From: Myxococcales bacterium
Lineage (GTDB): Bacteria; Myxococcota_A; Polyangia; Polyangiales; Ga0077539
Assembly: GCA_016792845.1 (NCBI GenBank)
Contig: JAEUKH010000043.1
Coordinates: 153,846 to 217,845, forward strand
DNA length: 64,000 nucleotides
Direction of reading: 5' to 3'
Made by a program: the position numbers and the translations under genes. The notes under the pieces are model-generated. The model saw only the letters and a list, made by a program, of their open reading frames with translations. It had not been told where the DNA came from and searched no databases. The first letter of the stretch is position 1, and each line of letters starts with the position of its first letter. Positions 9,390 through 18,697 of this stretch are shown in pieces.

Positions 9390-9908
9390 ATGATCGACCT
9401 CGGGGCCTTCGTGCGCGACGTGCCAGACTTTCCCCGCCCGGGGATCTTGTTCAAAGACATCACACCCCTCCTCGGCGACCCGCGCGCCTTCGCGCAGAGC
9501 ATCGAGACCCTCGCGGCGCCCTTCCGCGGCCGCGTCGACCGGGTGGCCTGCATCGACGCCCGAGGCTTTCTCTTCGGGGCGCCCGCCGCCATCGCCCTCG
9601 GCGTGGGCCTCGTGCCCATTCGTAAACCATCGAAATTACCGTACAAAACTCACTCCGTCGGCTACGCCCTCGAGTACGGCACGAACACCCTCTCGATGCA
9701 CACCGACGCGGTGACGCCGGGCGAGCGGGTGCTCCTCATCGACGACGTGCTCGCCACCGGGGGCTCCGCCGGGGCGGCCATTTCGCTCCTCGAAGCGGGC
9801 GGCGCGAGGCTCGTCGGCGCGGCCTTTCTGATCGAGCTCGCCTTCCTCGGCGGGCGCGCGAAGCTCGCGCCGGGGCTCGACGTCGTGGCCGCGATCACCT
9901 ACGCGTAG
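9390..9908 (+). CDS. apt: Adenine phosphoribosyltransferase
   Basis: 'PDFPRPGILFKDITPLL', the 'LLIDDVLATGGS' PRPP-binding motif, 172 aa. Confidence 0.9.
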   Translation: MIDLGAFVRDVPDFPRPGILFKDITPLLGDPRAFAQSIETLAAPFRGRVDRVACIDARGFLFGAPAAIALGVGLVPIRKPSKLPYKTHSVGYALEYGTNTLSMHTDAVTPGERVLLIDDVLATGGSAGAAISLLEAGGARLVGAAFLIELAFLGGRAKLAPGLDVVAAITYA

Positions 9909-9918
9909 GGCCTCCGCG

Positions 9919-11847
9919 ATGGCCCTCCATGCACCCGAGTTCGCGCCCCACAAGGGCTGGATCAACACCGCCGCGCCGCTGCGCCTCCGCGACCTCCGCG
10001 GCCACGTCGTGGTGATCGATTTCTTCACGAGCTGCTGCATCAACTGCCTGCACGTCTTGCCGATCTTGCGCGACCTTGAGGCGCGCTTCGCCGACGAGCC
10101 CGTGGTGGTGATCGGCGTCCATAGCGGCAAATTCGACGCCGAAGACGACCCCCAGCGGGTCGCCGAGGCGGTGGCCCGTCACCACGTCACGCACCCCGTC
10201 GTGGTCGACGACGCCATGGGCATCTGGTCGCGCTTCACGGTGCGCTCGTGGCCCACCCTGGTCATCGTGCGCCCCGACGGCACCATCGCCTCGATCGCCC
10301 CCGGAGAGCCCGACGCCGCGGTGCTCGACGCCTTTGTGCGCCGGCTCCTCGACGAGGCCCGCGAGGCCAAGACCCTCGCGTCGGCGCCGCTCCGTCTTGA
10401 GGCTCCGCGCGCGACGTCCGAAGCGCCTGCGCCGCTACGCTTTCCTGGCAAGGTGGCCGTCCGCGAGGGCTGGGTCGCGGTGGCCGACACGGGGCACCAC
10501 CGGGTCGTCGTGCGCGACGCCGCGGGCGCGGTCGTCGCCATCGGCTCGGGGGCCCGCGGTCTCGCAGACGGCGGCCCTCACGAGGCCCGCTTCGACGCGC
10601 CGCAGGGCCTCTGCATCGCCGACGGCGCGGTGTGGGTCTGCGACACCGAGAACCACGCCGTGCGCCGCATCGACCTCGCGACCTTCGCGGTCACCACGGC
10701 GCTCGGCACGGGGGCGATGGGCACGTTCCCGCTCGGCGCGCCGGGCCCCGCCCGCGAGACCCCCCTGCGCTCGCCGTGGGACTGCCTCTGGTACGACGGC
10801 GCCCTCCTCATCGCGATGGCGGGCACGCACCAGCTCGCGGTCTGGCGCCCCGCCGACGGCACCGTCGCGGGCTGGGTCGGCAGCGGCCGCGAAGCCCTCA
10901 TCGACGCCCCCGGCCTCGACGCCGCCCTCGCCCAACCCTCGGGCCTGAGCCTCGACGGCGGGCGCCTCTACTTCGCCGACAGCGAGACCAGCGCCCTCAG
11001 GGTGGTGTCGCTCGCCGATCGCAGCGTCTCGACCCTCGTCGGCACCGGCCTCTTCGACTTCGGCGACGTCGACGGCGACGCGGGCGAGGCGCGGCTCCAG
11101 CACCTCCTCGGGGTCGCCGTGGCCCACGACGGCGCCGTGCTCATCGCCGACACCTACAACGACGCGCTGAAGCGCTACGACCCGCGCACAGGCCGGGTGA
11201 GCACCCTCGCGGCCGCGCGGGGGCAGCTCCGCGACCCGGGCGGTCTGGCGGTCGACCCCGACGACCGGCGCATCGTCGTGGCCGACACCGGGCATCACCG
11301 AATCATGATGTTCTCACCAGACGGTGAGCCCCTCGGGCCGATGGTCTTTGAGGGCCTCCGGGCCCCTTCGCCCGCCGAGGCCGACGCGCCGCCGGTCGCG
11401 CTCGCGCAGACCTTCGCGGGGGCCGGGAGCTTCTTCATTTCAGCCGTCCCGGCGCACACTCCGGCGAGCCTCGGGCCGGGCCCGGTCGCCCTCACCCTCA
11501 CCTTCGAGACCCCCGCGGGGTGGAAGTTCGCCGCCGACGCGCCCCGCCTCGCCGCGCTCGAAGTATCACGGCGCAGTGATCTCGTAGACCTCGGCACCAC
11601 CGGCGTGGGCGAGACGCCCGGCGAACCGAGCACCGCCTGGGCGCTCCGGCTCGACGGTCACGTCACCCGCTTCGCGCCCTCGCAGATCGAGAGCGAGGTG
11701 TTGGTGACCCTCAACGCGATGCTGTGCAGCGACGCCGAGGGCTTGTGCGTGCCGGCGCGGGCGTGGTTCCGCGTCGCGCTGAGCCTTGATGCCGCGGGCC
11801 CGTCGGCGCTGGCGTTTCGGCTGCCCCTCGACGCGCCGCGACGCTGA
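9919..11847 (+). CDS. Thioredoxin-like (CxxC) domain fused to an NHL-repeat beta-propeller (NHLRC2-like)
   Basis: 'FFTSCCINCLHVLP' redox motif, followed by repeated 'ADTGHHR', 'CDTENHAVRRID' and 'ADTYNDALKRYD' NHL-type repeats. Confidence 0.8.
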   Translation: MALHAPEFAPHKGWINTAAPLRLRDLRGHVVVIDFFTSCCINCLHVLPILRDLEARFADEPVVVIGVHSGKFDAEDDPQRVAEAVARHHVTHPVVVDDAMGIWSRFTVRSWPTLVIVRPDGTIASIAPGEPDAAVLDAFVRRLLDEAREAKTLASAPLRLEAPRATSEAPAPLRFPGKVAVREGWVAVADTGHHRVVVRDAAGAVVAIGSGARGLADGGPHEARFDAPQGLCIADGAVWVCDTENHAVRRIDLATFAVTTALGTGAMGTFPLGAPGPARETPLRSPWDCLWYDGALLIAMAGTHQLAVWRPADGTVAGWVGSGREALIDAPGLDAALAQPSGLSLDGGRLYFADSETSALRVVSLADRSVSTLVGTGLFDFGDVDGDAGEARLQHLLGVAVAHDGAVLIADTYNDALKRYDPRTGRVSTLAAARGQLRDPGGLAVDPDDRRIVVADTGHHRIMMFSPDGEPLGPMVFEGLRAPSPAEADAPPVALAQTFAGAGSFFISAVPAHTPASLGPGPVALTLTFETPAGWKFAADAPRLAALEVSRRSDLVDLGTTGVGETPGEPSTAWALRLDGHVTRFAPSQIESEVLVTLNAMLCSDAEGLCVPARAWFRVALSLDAAGPSALAFRLPLDAPRR

Positions 11848-11863
11848 CGCGTTCTCTCACCCC

Positions 11864-14485
11864 TCAGGCTTTGCGCAAGATCATCTTGTCGGTCTCGGCC
11901 GCGAGGGTCGGCGAGAGCTCGCGCAAGAGGCGCCGCGCGTCGTCGAGGTCGCGGGGGCTGCCCTTCTGCATCGAGAGCGCCACGACGCGCCCCTGCACGA
12001 GCGGCGCGAGCATCTCGAAGTTCACCGTCGGCAAGACCCTGCGGGTGTACGCGATGCGGCGCATGTCGTCGCGCAGCACGTCCCAAGCTTCGCGGGCCCG
12101 GGCGTAGACCGCCGTCGCGTCGTCGGGCGAGCGCGCCATGGCCTCTGACCGCGGCCCGGTCTCTCGCTCGACCTTGAGCCAGGCCGCCTCGATGTCGGCC
12201 GGAGGCGCGCTCCAGTGCGTGTCGAGCACCTCGAAGTGGTTCGCCGTGAGCCCGCGCTCGCGACGCGCTTGCAAGACGCTCAGCGCGTCAGGGCCCTGCT
12301 TCGCCGCGAGGGGCTCGAACGACACCACATCAAAGGCCGCGAGGAGCCCCAGAAGGTGCAAGAGCGAGCTGCGCGACGCGGTGGCCCCGCCGAGGAGCGT
12401 GTCGAGGCTCTGCTGCCCGTCGAGCTCGTGCTCGACCATGCGGCGCTCGCGGTCGTGAAGCCCTAGCTTTTGGATCACCCAGCGCCGCGCCTCGCGCACC
12501 GTCGGCGCCAGCCCGCGCTGATCTGCGAAGATGGCCTCAAGCTCGGCCTGGGTGCTCATGCGCAAGATCGACTGGCAGCCCTCGACCACGAAGGCGAACA
12601 TCGAGCTCGTGAGGGTCGGCCCTGACGGCGCGCTCGACGGCTCGTGCAGCGACCACTGCCCTTCGGAGAGCGAAAACAGCTCTCGCACCAGGCTCTTCTC
12701 GGTGGCCAGGACGATCGGGCGACCGTGTTCGATGTGCAGCGAGAGCGCCCGGCCGCGAGGCGGCTGAAACTCAACCCGCACCCGCGCGAGCCGCGCCCGC
12801 TCGATGCGGAGCAACAAGTTCGGCAACACCCAGGGCTCGCCCTCGTGGCTCGGCTGCCCGCGCCGCGGCAAGGTCGCCAAGGCCGCCGCGCTGGTGAGCC
12901 CCACGAAATGACCCGACCGCGCGAGGTTCGACGGCGGCAGCGACGACACCGCGCCCTGCGGCCCGCGGCCGAGCACCTCGCGGCCCTCGTGCGAACGCGC
13001 CGTCGAGGCGTCACCCGGCTGAGCGGCCGACGGCGCTGACAGAGGGCGCGACGCCGCAGACGCCGTCACCGTCGGCGCGACGGGGGCGCTCGGGGGCGCG
13101 CTCGCCCGAGGAGGCGGCGAATCAGACGGCGGGCGCGCGGGCGCAGCCGGTGCCACCTCTGCGGGCCGCGCGAAGGCGCCCGTCGGCCGCGGCGGAGGCA
13201 ACGACGACGGCGGCGAAAAAGAGCCCGTCAACCGCGGCGGAGGCAGCGACGACGGCGGCGAAAATGAGCCCGTCAACCGCGGAGGAGGCAACGACGTCGG
13301 CGGCGAAAAAGAGCCCGTCAACCGCGGAGGAGGCAGCGACGACGGCGGCGAAAAAGAGCCCGACACCCGCGGCGGTGGCAGCGACGTCGGCCTGGCCTCG
13401 CCCGCGCCCACCGCCCGCGCCAACGGCGGCGGCACCACGGTCTGACGCCCGCCGTCGACAGCGACCCGCGGCGGCAACGACACCGCCACGCTCTCCGACG
13501 TGCGACGCCCCGCAGGGCCGAGCGCGTCGTCGAGCTGCCACCCGGGCTGCTGATGCCGCGACGCCGACAAGCGAAGCGCCCCCTCGGCCACCGCGCCGCG
13601 ATCTGCACGAACCACCGGAACCCCGAGGTCGCGCCCCACGGCCTCGGCCACCCCCGACACCCGCGCCAGGAGGTCGACCACCACCACCGCCGAGAGCGCG
13701 CTCACCCGAAGCCCCGCCGCCTCGGTCACGGCGCGCCCAAGCTCGCCCGCCGCCCGGGCCAAGAGGTCTTGAATGTGAACCCGCTGGCCCACCCCAAGCT
13801 GCGCCGCCATGGCCCCAAGCTCGGGCACCGCGACGCTCACCTCGTCGCCCGCGAGCAGCGCCTCGCGCGAGGGCCCCAACGCCACCGCCAACGCCTCGGC
13901 CGAGAGACCCTCGCGGAGCCCCGCCAACGACGACGCGAGCAACGCGTCGACGGCGTCGAGGGTGTGGTGCAGCGACCGCGACCGCGACCGCGCCGCGACC
14001 CGCTGCCCAGACACAGAAAACACCGCCGCTTCGAGGCCCTCGGCGTCGTGGACGAAGACCAGCACGTCGCCCCGAAGCGCGGCCCCCAACGCCACCGCGG
14101 CGGCGTCGCACCGCCCGACCATGCGGTCGACCCCGACCCCTGAGGCGCGCAAGACGTCGTTGACCATGGGGCCGTGCACGCCGATCCATCGAGAGGGCAT
14201 CGCCACGGTGACCCCCGCCACCGCGTCAGGCCCCCGCAGCGCCCCCCAAAGCGCCCCCAAGCGCGCCGCCCCCGACGGCGCCGCGAGCACCTCGGACCAC
14301 CGCCCGAGACGCCGCGTCACGCCCGCGCCCCCCGCGAGCCGCGCCCCGTGCCCCACCGCCACCACCCCCGTCGGCCCCTCGGCCACCCACACCGGGAGCT
14401 CGCCCCCCCGCGGCGCCCCCCCGAGCGCCCCCGTCGCCAGTCGAATGATCGAACCGCCCAGGTCGAGGCCCTGCACCACCGCCAT
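11864..14485 (-). CDS. Hsp70/actin-fold (ASKHA) ATPase domain, a Pro-rich tandem-repeat linker, and a conserved C-terminal region ending in a degenerate J-like domain
   Basis: N-terminus 'MAVVQGLDLGGS' resembles the Hsp70/actin phosphate-1 loop. Middle carries 'SLPPPRLTGSFSPP' about five times. C-terminus has 'LLLRIERARL...FAFVVEG...RERRMVEHELDGQQSL...', which resembles DUF4388-type regions. The tail 'NHFEVLDTHWSAPPADIEAAW...AREAWDVLRDDMRRIAYTRR' fits J-domain helix II/III spacing but lacks HPD. It is a paralogue of 14711..17116. Confidence 0.6.
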   Translation of the reverse strand: MAVVQGLDLGGSIIRLATGALGGAPRGGELPVWVAEGPTGVVAVGHGARLAGGAGVTRRLGRWSEVLAAPSGAARLGALWGALRGPDAVAGVTVAMPSRWIGVHGPMVNDVLRASGVGVDRMVGRCDAAAVALGAALRGDVLVFVHDAEGLEAAVFSVSGQRVAARSRSRSLHHTLDAVDALLASSLAGLREGLSAEALAVALGPSREALLAGDEVSVAVPELGAMAAQLGVGQRVHIQDLLARAAGELGRAVTEAAGLRVSALSAVVVVDLLARVSGVAEAVGRDLGVPVVRADRGAVAEGALRLSASRHQQPGWQLDDALGPAGRRTSESVAVSLPPRVAVDGGRQTVVPPPLARAVGAGEARPTSLPPPRVSGSFSPPSSLPPPRLTGSFSPPTSLPPPRLTGSFSPPSSLPPPRLTGSFSPPSSLPPPRPTGAFARPAEVAPAAPARPPSDSPPPRASAPPSAPVAPTVTASAASRPLSAPSAAQPGDASTARSHEGREVLGRGPQGAVSSLPPSNLARSGHFVGLTSAAALATLPRRGQPSHEGEPWVLPNLLLRIERARLARVRVEFQPPRGRALSLHIEHGRPIVLATEKSLVRELFSLSEGQWSLHEPSSAPSGPTLTSSMFAFVVEGCQSILRMSTQAELEAIFADQRGLAPTVREARRWVIQKLGLHDRERRMVEHELDGQQSLDTLLGGATASRSSLLHLLGLLAAFDVVSFEPLAAKQGPDALSVLQARRERGLTANHFEVLDTHWSAPPADIEAAWLKVERETGPRSEAMARSPDDATAVYARAREAWDVLRDDMRRIAYTRRVLPTVNFEMLAPLVQGRVVALSMQKGSPRDLDDARRLLRELSPTLAAETDKMILRKA
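13185..13400. repeat. About five tandem copies of a 42-bp in-frame repeat inside CDS 11864..14485
   Basis: Direct repeats 'gcgacgacggcggcgaaaaagagcccgtcaaccgcggaggaggca' are visible in the sequence. On the minus strand they encode SLPPPRLTGSFSPP units. Confidence 0.75.
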
Positions 14486-14710
14486 GACACCCTCGTCACA
14501 CGCACCCGGCGCCATGCACCGGCGTCAAGCGCCCGCGGCAACGCGCGAACGCCCCATCGCGCACGCCTCAACCCGCAGAGGCCGCCACGCTCGCGATGCT
14601 GCTACTCCGAGGAGGTGCGGCGTCAAGCCTTCACTGTGCAAATTCGCACTGCACCCGTCGATTTAGCCGAAATCTCTTCACAATCAACCAAGCGCTAGAT
14701 AGCGACCTGG

Positions 14711-17116
14711 CTACTCAATCTGCAAATCTTGCTTTTTGATGAGCAACTCTTCGGTCTCATGCCACAGCTCGGGTGACAGCTCGCGGAGGAGCCGCCGCGC
14801 CTCATCGCGCTCGGCCTCGGCCCCTTCTTGCATCGACAGCGCCACGACGCGCCCCTGAACCACCGTCGCGAGCATCTCAAAGCTCACCGTGGGGAAGGTC
14901 TTTCGCGTGTACGCCACCCGCGAGCGATCGTGAGAGAGCACCGCCCACGCCGCGTCGGCCTGCCGCATCAGCTGCGCCGTCAACGCAGGGTGCGCGCGCG
15001 ACGCCGCCGAGCCCGGGCCCCACTGCGCGACAAAATGACGCCGCGCCTGATCGATTTCGTCTCGCCCTGCGCTCCAATGAACGCCATAGAGGGCAAAATG
15101 GTGCAGGGTCGGCGCCCTGGCGACCAGGGCCTCCAGCGAGGGGCCCTCGGGGGCCTCGTCGCGCGTCGGCGGCACCACCCACTGCAAGGCGTCGAAGCTG
15201 GTGAGGAGACACAACAGATGCAAGAGCCCGCTGCGCGAGGCCGCCGCGCCGCCGAGGAGCGCCCCGAGGCTCTGCTGACCGTCGAGGGCCTGCTCGACCA
15301 TGCGGCGCTCGCGCTCGGTGAGGCCGAGCTTGAACACCATCCACCGCCGGTGCTCGCGCACCGCGGGCGCCATCGCCTCGTGCCCGGGCACCACCGCGGC
15401 CTCGAGCTCGGCCTGCGTGGCGCCCCGCAGCACCGATTGAACCCCCTCGACGAGGAAGGCGAACATCGACCACTGGAGCGTCGCGCCCTCTCGCGGCCCC
15501 GCGGCCTCGACGAGACGCCAACGCCCTTCGGTCTGGGCGAAGATCTGACGCAAGACGCCCCGCTCGGCAGCCCCAAGGGTCGGGCGCCCGTGCTCGATCG
15601 CGAGCGCCCAGCGCCCCTCGGCGCTCTCGAGCTCAAGCAGAGCGTACGGCAGCCGCGCGCGCTCGATGCGAAGCAGGAGCCAAGACAGGGGCCACACCCC
15701 TCCGTCGCGGGGCCCCTTGGCGTCGCGTAGACTGACCGCCGCGGCCGCCGTCGGCGCGCCCACCCAAAGCCCCTCGCGCCCAAGCTGGGTCGGCGGGAGC
15801 GAGGCCCCACGCACCGCCCGCTGGCTCTCTTCAGGCGGCAGCGACAGGGGCCGCGGGCGTTGCGACTCGCCCGCTCGCGCCGCCGGGGCATCGCCCGCCT
15901 CGGTCGCCCGCGCGATTTCTGGCGACGCCGTGCGAGGCGACGCCGTGGCGGGTTCGGCGTTGGGCGGAGGCAGGAGCGTCGCACGCGCTGAACGCGCCTC
16001 GGACGGCGGCGGGGCCAGGGGCGCGGGGCCCTCAGACGCGGAGCCCTCAGACGCGGGTCTCTCGGGCGCGCGAACCCACTGCCCCACCCCGCCCCGCGGC
16101 GTCATGCGCGACGGGCGCTCGACCGGCGCGAGGAGGGCCGCCGAGTAACGGGCCGCCCCCTCGGCCGCGGCGAAGCTGTCGGCGCGCGAGATGGCCAGCG
16201 AGAGTCGGGTCTCGAGCGCCTCGCGCAGCGCCTCGCTCTCGCCGAGGAGGTCGAGCGCCACCACCGCGCTCACCGCCGTTCGATCGAGCCCCGCGTCGTG
16301 GAGGGCCAGCGCGTACACCGCCGCCACGGCCTCGGTGAGGGCGCCCAACGCCGCCTCGCGCTGCGCCGCCCGCAGCCGCAGCGTGGTCACCGCGCCCACC
16401 TGGTCGTCGAGGGCCACCAGCTCGACCGGCTCACCCGCAAGGAGCGCGCGCCGCGCCTGCCCCGTCGCCAGGGCCAACGCCAACGACCCGCGCAGCCCGG
16501 GGCCCGCGTTCGGCGCAGCCATTTTCAAGAGCAGGGCGTCGACCTCGTCGAGGGTGAAGCGCGCGTCGTGCACCCGCGCCACGAACGACACCCCCTCGCA
16601 CGCGATCGCGAACACCGCGGCCTCGACCCCGTCGGCGTCGAGCACGAGCCCGAGCACCGTGCCCCGGGTGCGACGCGCCATCGCGTGGGCGGCGGCGTCG
16701 AGGCGCCCCAGCGTCGTGTCGATCACGAGCCCGGCACTCCGCGCCGCCGCGTCGAGGCGCTCGCGGTGCTGCGAGGCCCACCGCGGCGGCAGCGACACCA
16801 CCACCCGCCCGCCGTCGAGGGCGATGCCGCCGGTCTCGACGCTGCGCCGGAGGCTCCCCATCACGAGCCCGAGGCCGCGCGTCGCGTCATGCGATTCAGA
16901 CAGCACCTCGGCCCAACGCGAGAGCGCAGGCTCGCCCCGCATCAACGCCGCCGCCTGCGCCGCGAGCCCCACCTCCCAATGGCCCGCAGCGCCTCGCGCC
17001 AGCACCAACGGAAGCTCGCGCCGAACAGGCCCGCGCCCCGCCAACGACGCCGCCCCCGACTGCGCCATCGCCCGCACCACCGAACCACCCAGATCAATGC
17101 CCACGACCGATTGCAT
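14711..17116 (-). CDS. Paralogue of 11864..14485: Hsp70/actin-like ATPase, low-complexity linker, conserved C-terminal region with degenerate J-like domain
   Basis: 'MQSVVGIDLGGS' N-terminus. C-terminus shares 'LLLRIERARL', 'SMFAFLVEGVQSVLRGATQAELEA', 'RERRMVEQALDGQQSLGALLGGAAASRSGLLHLL', 'FEMLATVVQGRVVALSMQ' and 'RLLRELSP' with the upstream gene. Tail 'HHFALYGVHWSAGRDEIDQARRHFVAQWGPG...ADAAWAVLSHDRSRVAYTRK' is J-like without HPD. Confidence 0.6.
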   Translation of the reverse strand: MQSVVGIDLGGSVVRAMAQSGAASLAGRGPVRRELPLVLARGAAGHWEVGLAAQAAALMRGEPALSRWAEVLSESHDATRGLGLVMGSLRRSVETGGIALDGGRVVVSLPPRWASQHRERLDAAARSAGLVIDTTLGRLDAAAHAMARRTRGTVLGLVLDADGVEAAVFAIACEGVSFVARVHDARFTLDEVDALLLKMAAPNAGPGLRGSLALALATGQARRALLAGEPVELVALDDQVGAVTTLRLRAAQREAALGALTEAVAAVYALALHDAGLDRTAVSAVVALDLLGESEALREALETRLSLAISRADSFAAAEGAARYSAALLAPVERPSRMTPRGGVGQWVRAPERPASEGSASEGPAPLAPPPSEARSARATLLPPPNAEPATASPRTASPEIARATEAGDAPAARAGESQRPRPLSLPPEESQRAVRGASLPPTQLGREGLWVGAPTAAAAVSLRDAKGPRDGGVWPLSWLLLRIERARLPYALLELESAEGRWALAIEHGRPTLGAAERGVLRQIFAQTEGRWRLVEAAGPREGATLQWSMFAFLVEGVQSVLRGATQAELEAAVVPGHEAMAPAVREHRRWMVFKLGLTERERRMVEQALDGQQSLGALLGGAAASRSGLLHLLCLLTSFDALQWVVPPTRDEAPEGPSLEALVARAPTLHHFALYGVHWSAGRDEIDQARRHFVAQWGPGSAASRAHPALTAQLMRQADAAWAVLSHDRSRVAYTRKTFPTVSFEMLATVVQGRVVALSMQEGAEAERDEARRLLRELSPELWHETEELLIKKQDLQIE

Positions 17117-17281
17117 CGCGCGTCTCAACAGCTCTGTGCGTCAGCGGACTCGCACCTACACAGCCCCACAAGGTGTACACTCTGCGTCACACCCTGCAAG
17201 GCTTCGATGCATCGCGGCGCGCCGATCTGACATTTTCAAGCTCGCTTGAAAGCAGCGCGGGCCTCGCGGGGCAGGCGTCTC

Positions 17282-17689
17282 TCACCAATCTTGGCTCAAA
17301 GCAAGCAAGATTCGACCTAAATTGTCTGGCGACGCGGAGAGACGAGTGAGTGCAAAGCGCCCACAACTCGGCAGTTTCTGCCACACCTCGGGCGTCAATG
17401 TCACATCGACGGTTTGTAGCAAGTCGGCCACGGGCCTCGGGTCGTCGTAACGCGCCGCATCGACGGGCGGGCACGGTTGGGCCGTGGCGACGAGGCCGCG
17501 GAGGCAGCTGACAAAGGACGGGTCGTCGGCGTCGCGGGCGGCGCGGGTGAGGGCTTGTCGGGCGTCGAGGCTCAGGCCCTGCCAGTCGGCGCGCGAGATG
17601 CGCCAGCCGGTGAGGTCGAGGCGAAACCTGAGCGGGTACGAGAGGTGCTCGAAGCGGTGAACCTCGGGCGACTCGAAGGCCCAGATCAC
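17282..17689 (-). CDS. Hypothetical small protein (~135 aa), translationally coupled to the SDR gene
   Basis: The non-Arg-rich C-terminal part of ORF 17282..17872 has GC3 bias. A GTG at 17689 overlaps the SDR stop (GTGA). Function unknown. Confidence 0.4.
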   Translation of the reverse strand: MIWAFESPEVHRFEHLSYPLRFRLDLTGWRISRADWQGLSLDARQALTRAARDADDPSFVSCLRGLVATAQPCPPVDAARYDDPRPVADLLQTVDVTLTPEVWQKLPSCGRFALTRLSASPDNLGRILLALSQDW

Positions 17690-18456
17690 AGGGCGCGGCC
17701 TTGGGCTCCGTCGACAGTGAGGCAGGCGCCGGTGACCCAGCTGGCGCGCGACGAGGCGAGGAAGACCACGGCGTTGGCCACCTCGGTGACGGTGCCGAAG
17801 CGGCCGAAGGGCAGCTCTTCGCGCTTCATCTTCTCGATGCGGGCGGGGTCGCTCTGGGCGCGACGATCCCACGAGCCGCCGTCAAAGAGGATCGAGCCCG
17901 GCGCGACGGTGTTCACCCGGATGTTGTGCCGCGCGAGGCTGACGGCCATCTCTTTGCCGAGGGCGATGACCCCGGCCTTGGCGGTCATGTACGGGCTCGT
18001 GGTGCAGTACTCGCGGCCGCAGATCGAGCTGACGTGCACGATGGCGCCGCCGCCCTGCTGCTTCATCTGCGTCACGGCGGCCTGGCTCGCCCACACCGTG
18101 GCCATGAGGTTCAGGTCGAGCACGGCGCTCCACTCGGTGCCGGTGGCCTCGTCGAAGCGGCGGCTCCCGAGGCTGCCGCCGGCGTTGTTGACGAGCACGT
18201 CGAGCCCGCCCATGAGGCTCACGGCCTCGGCCACCGCGGCCCGGGCCCCGGCCTCGACGCTCACATCGGCCGCGACGGCGTGCGCGCGGAGGCCCCGCCC
18301 GGTGAGCGCCGCCGTCGCCGCGTCGAGGGCCTCTCGGCCGCGGGCCACGAGGGTCACCTCGGCGCCCTCTTCACAAAAGAGCGTCGCGATGGCGAGGCCG
18401 ATGCCGCGGCTCGCGCCCACCACGACGACGCGCTTCGAGGTCAAGTTTAGATCCAT
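17686..18456 (-). CDS. SDR-family oxidoreductase
   Basis: 'VVVVGASRGIGLAIA' (TGxxxGIG) and 'NNAG', with YxxxK catalytic-motif context. Start at 'MDLNLTSKRVVVV'. Confidence 0.85.
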   Translation of the reverse strand: MDLNLTSKRVVVVGASRGIGLAIATLFCEEGAEVTLVARGREALDAATAALTGRGLRAHAVAADVSVEAGARAAVAEAVSLMGGLDVLVNNAGGSLGSRRFDEATGTEWSAVLDLNLMATVWASQAAVTQMKQQGGGAIVHVSSICGREYCTTSPYMTAKAGVIALGKEMAVSLARHNIRVNTVAPGSILFDGGSWDRRAQSDPARIEKMKREELPFGRFGTVTEVANAVVFLASSRASWVTGACLTVDGAQGRAL

Positions 18457-18697
18457 TTTGGCGACCGAGAGGTGGCGCAACCACGGGCCCCGCGTCAACC
18501 CGTACACGCCCCGAAGGGCACATCGGCACAGATATTTTGCGCTCTCTGCGCGGCACGTCCGATGCTGTCTCTACGACGCCATGGACCTCCTCCTCGCAGC
18601 ACTCCCTCTCGCGCTGGCCTCAGGGCTCCTCTACCTCACGCTCCGCCTCGACCGCTTCGCGGCGCGCTGACCCCGCCGCGCCCTCGCCGTCTCGCGC

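Noticed and set aside
8144-9646. N-terminal 500 codons of ORF 5219..9646
   Set aside because: This part runs antisense through the HD-domain gene (8402..9358). The real start, with lipoprotein signal peptide, is the ATG at 8143.
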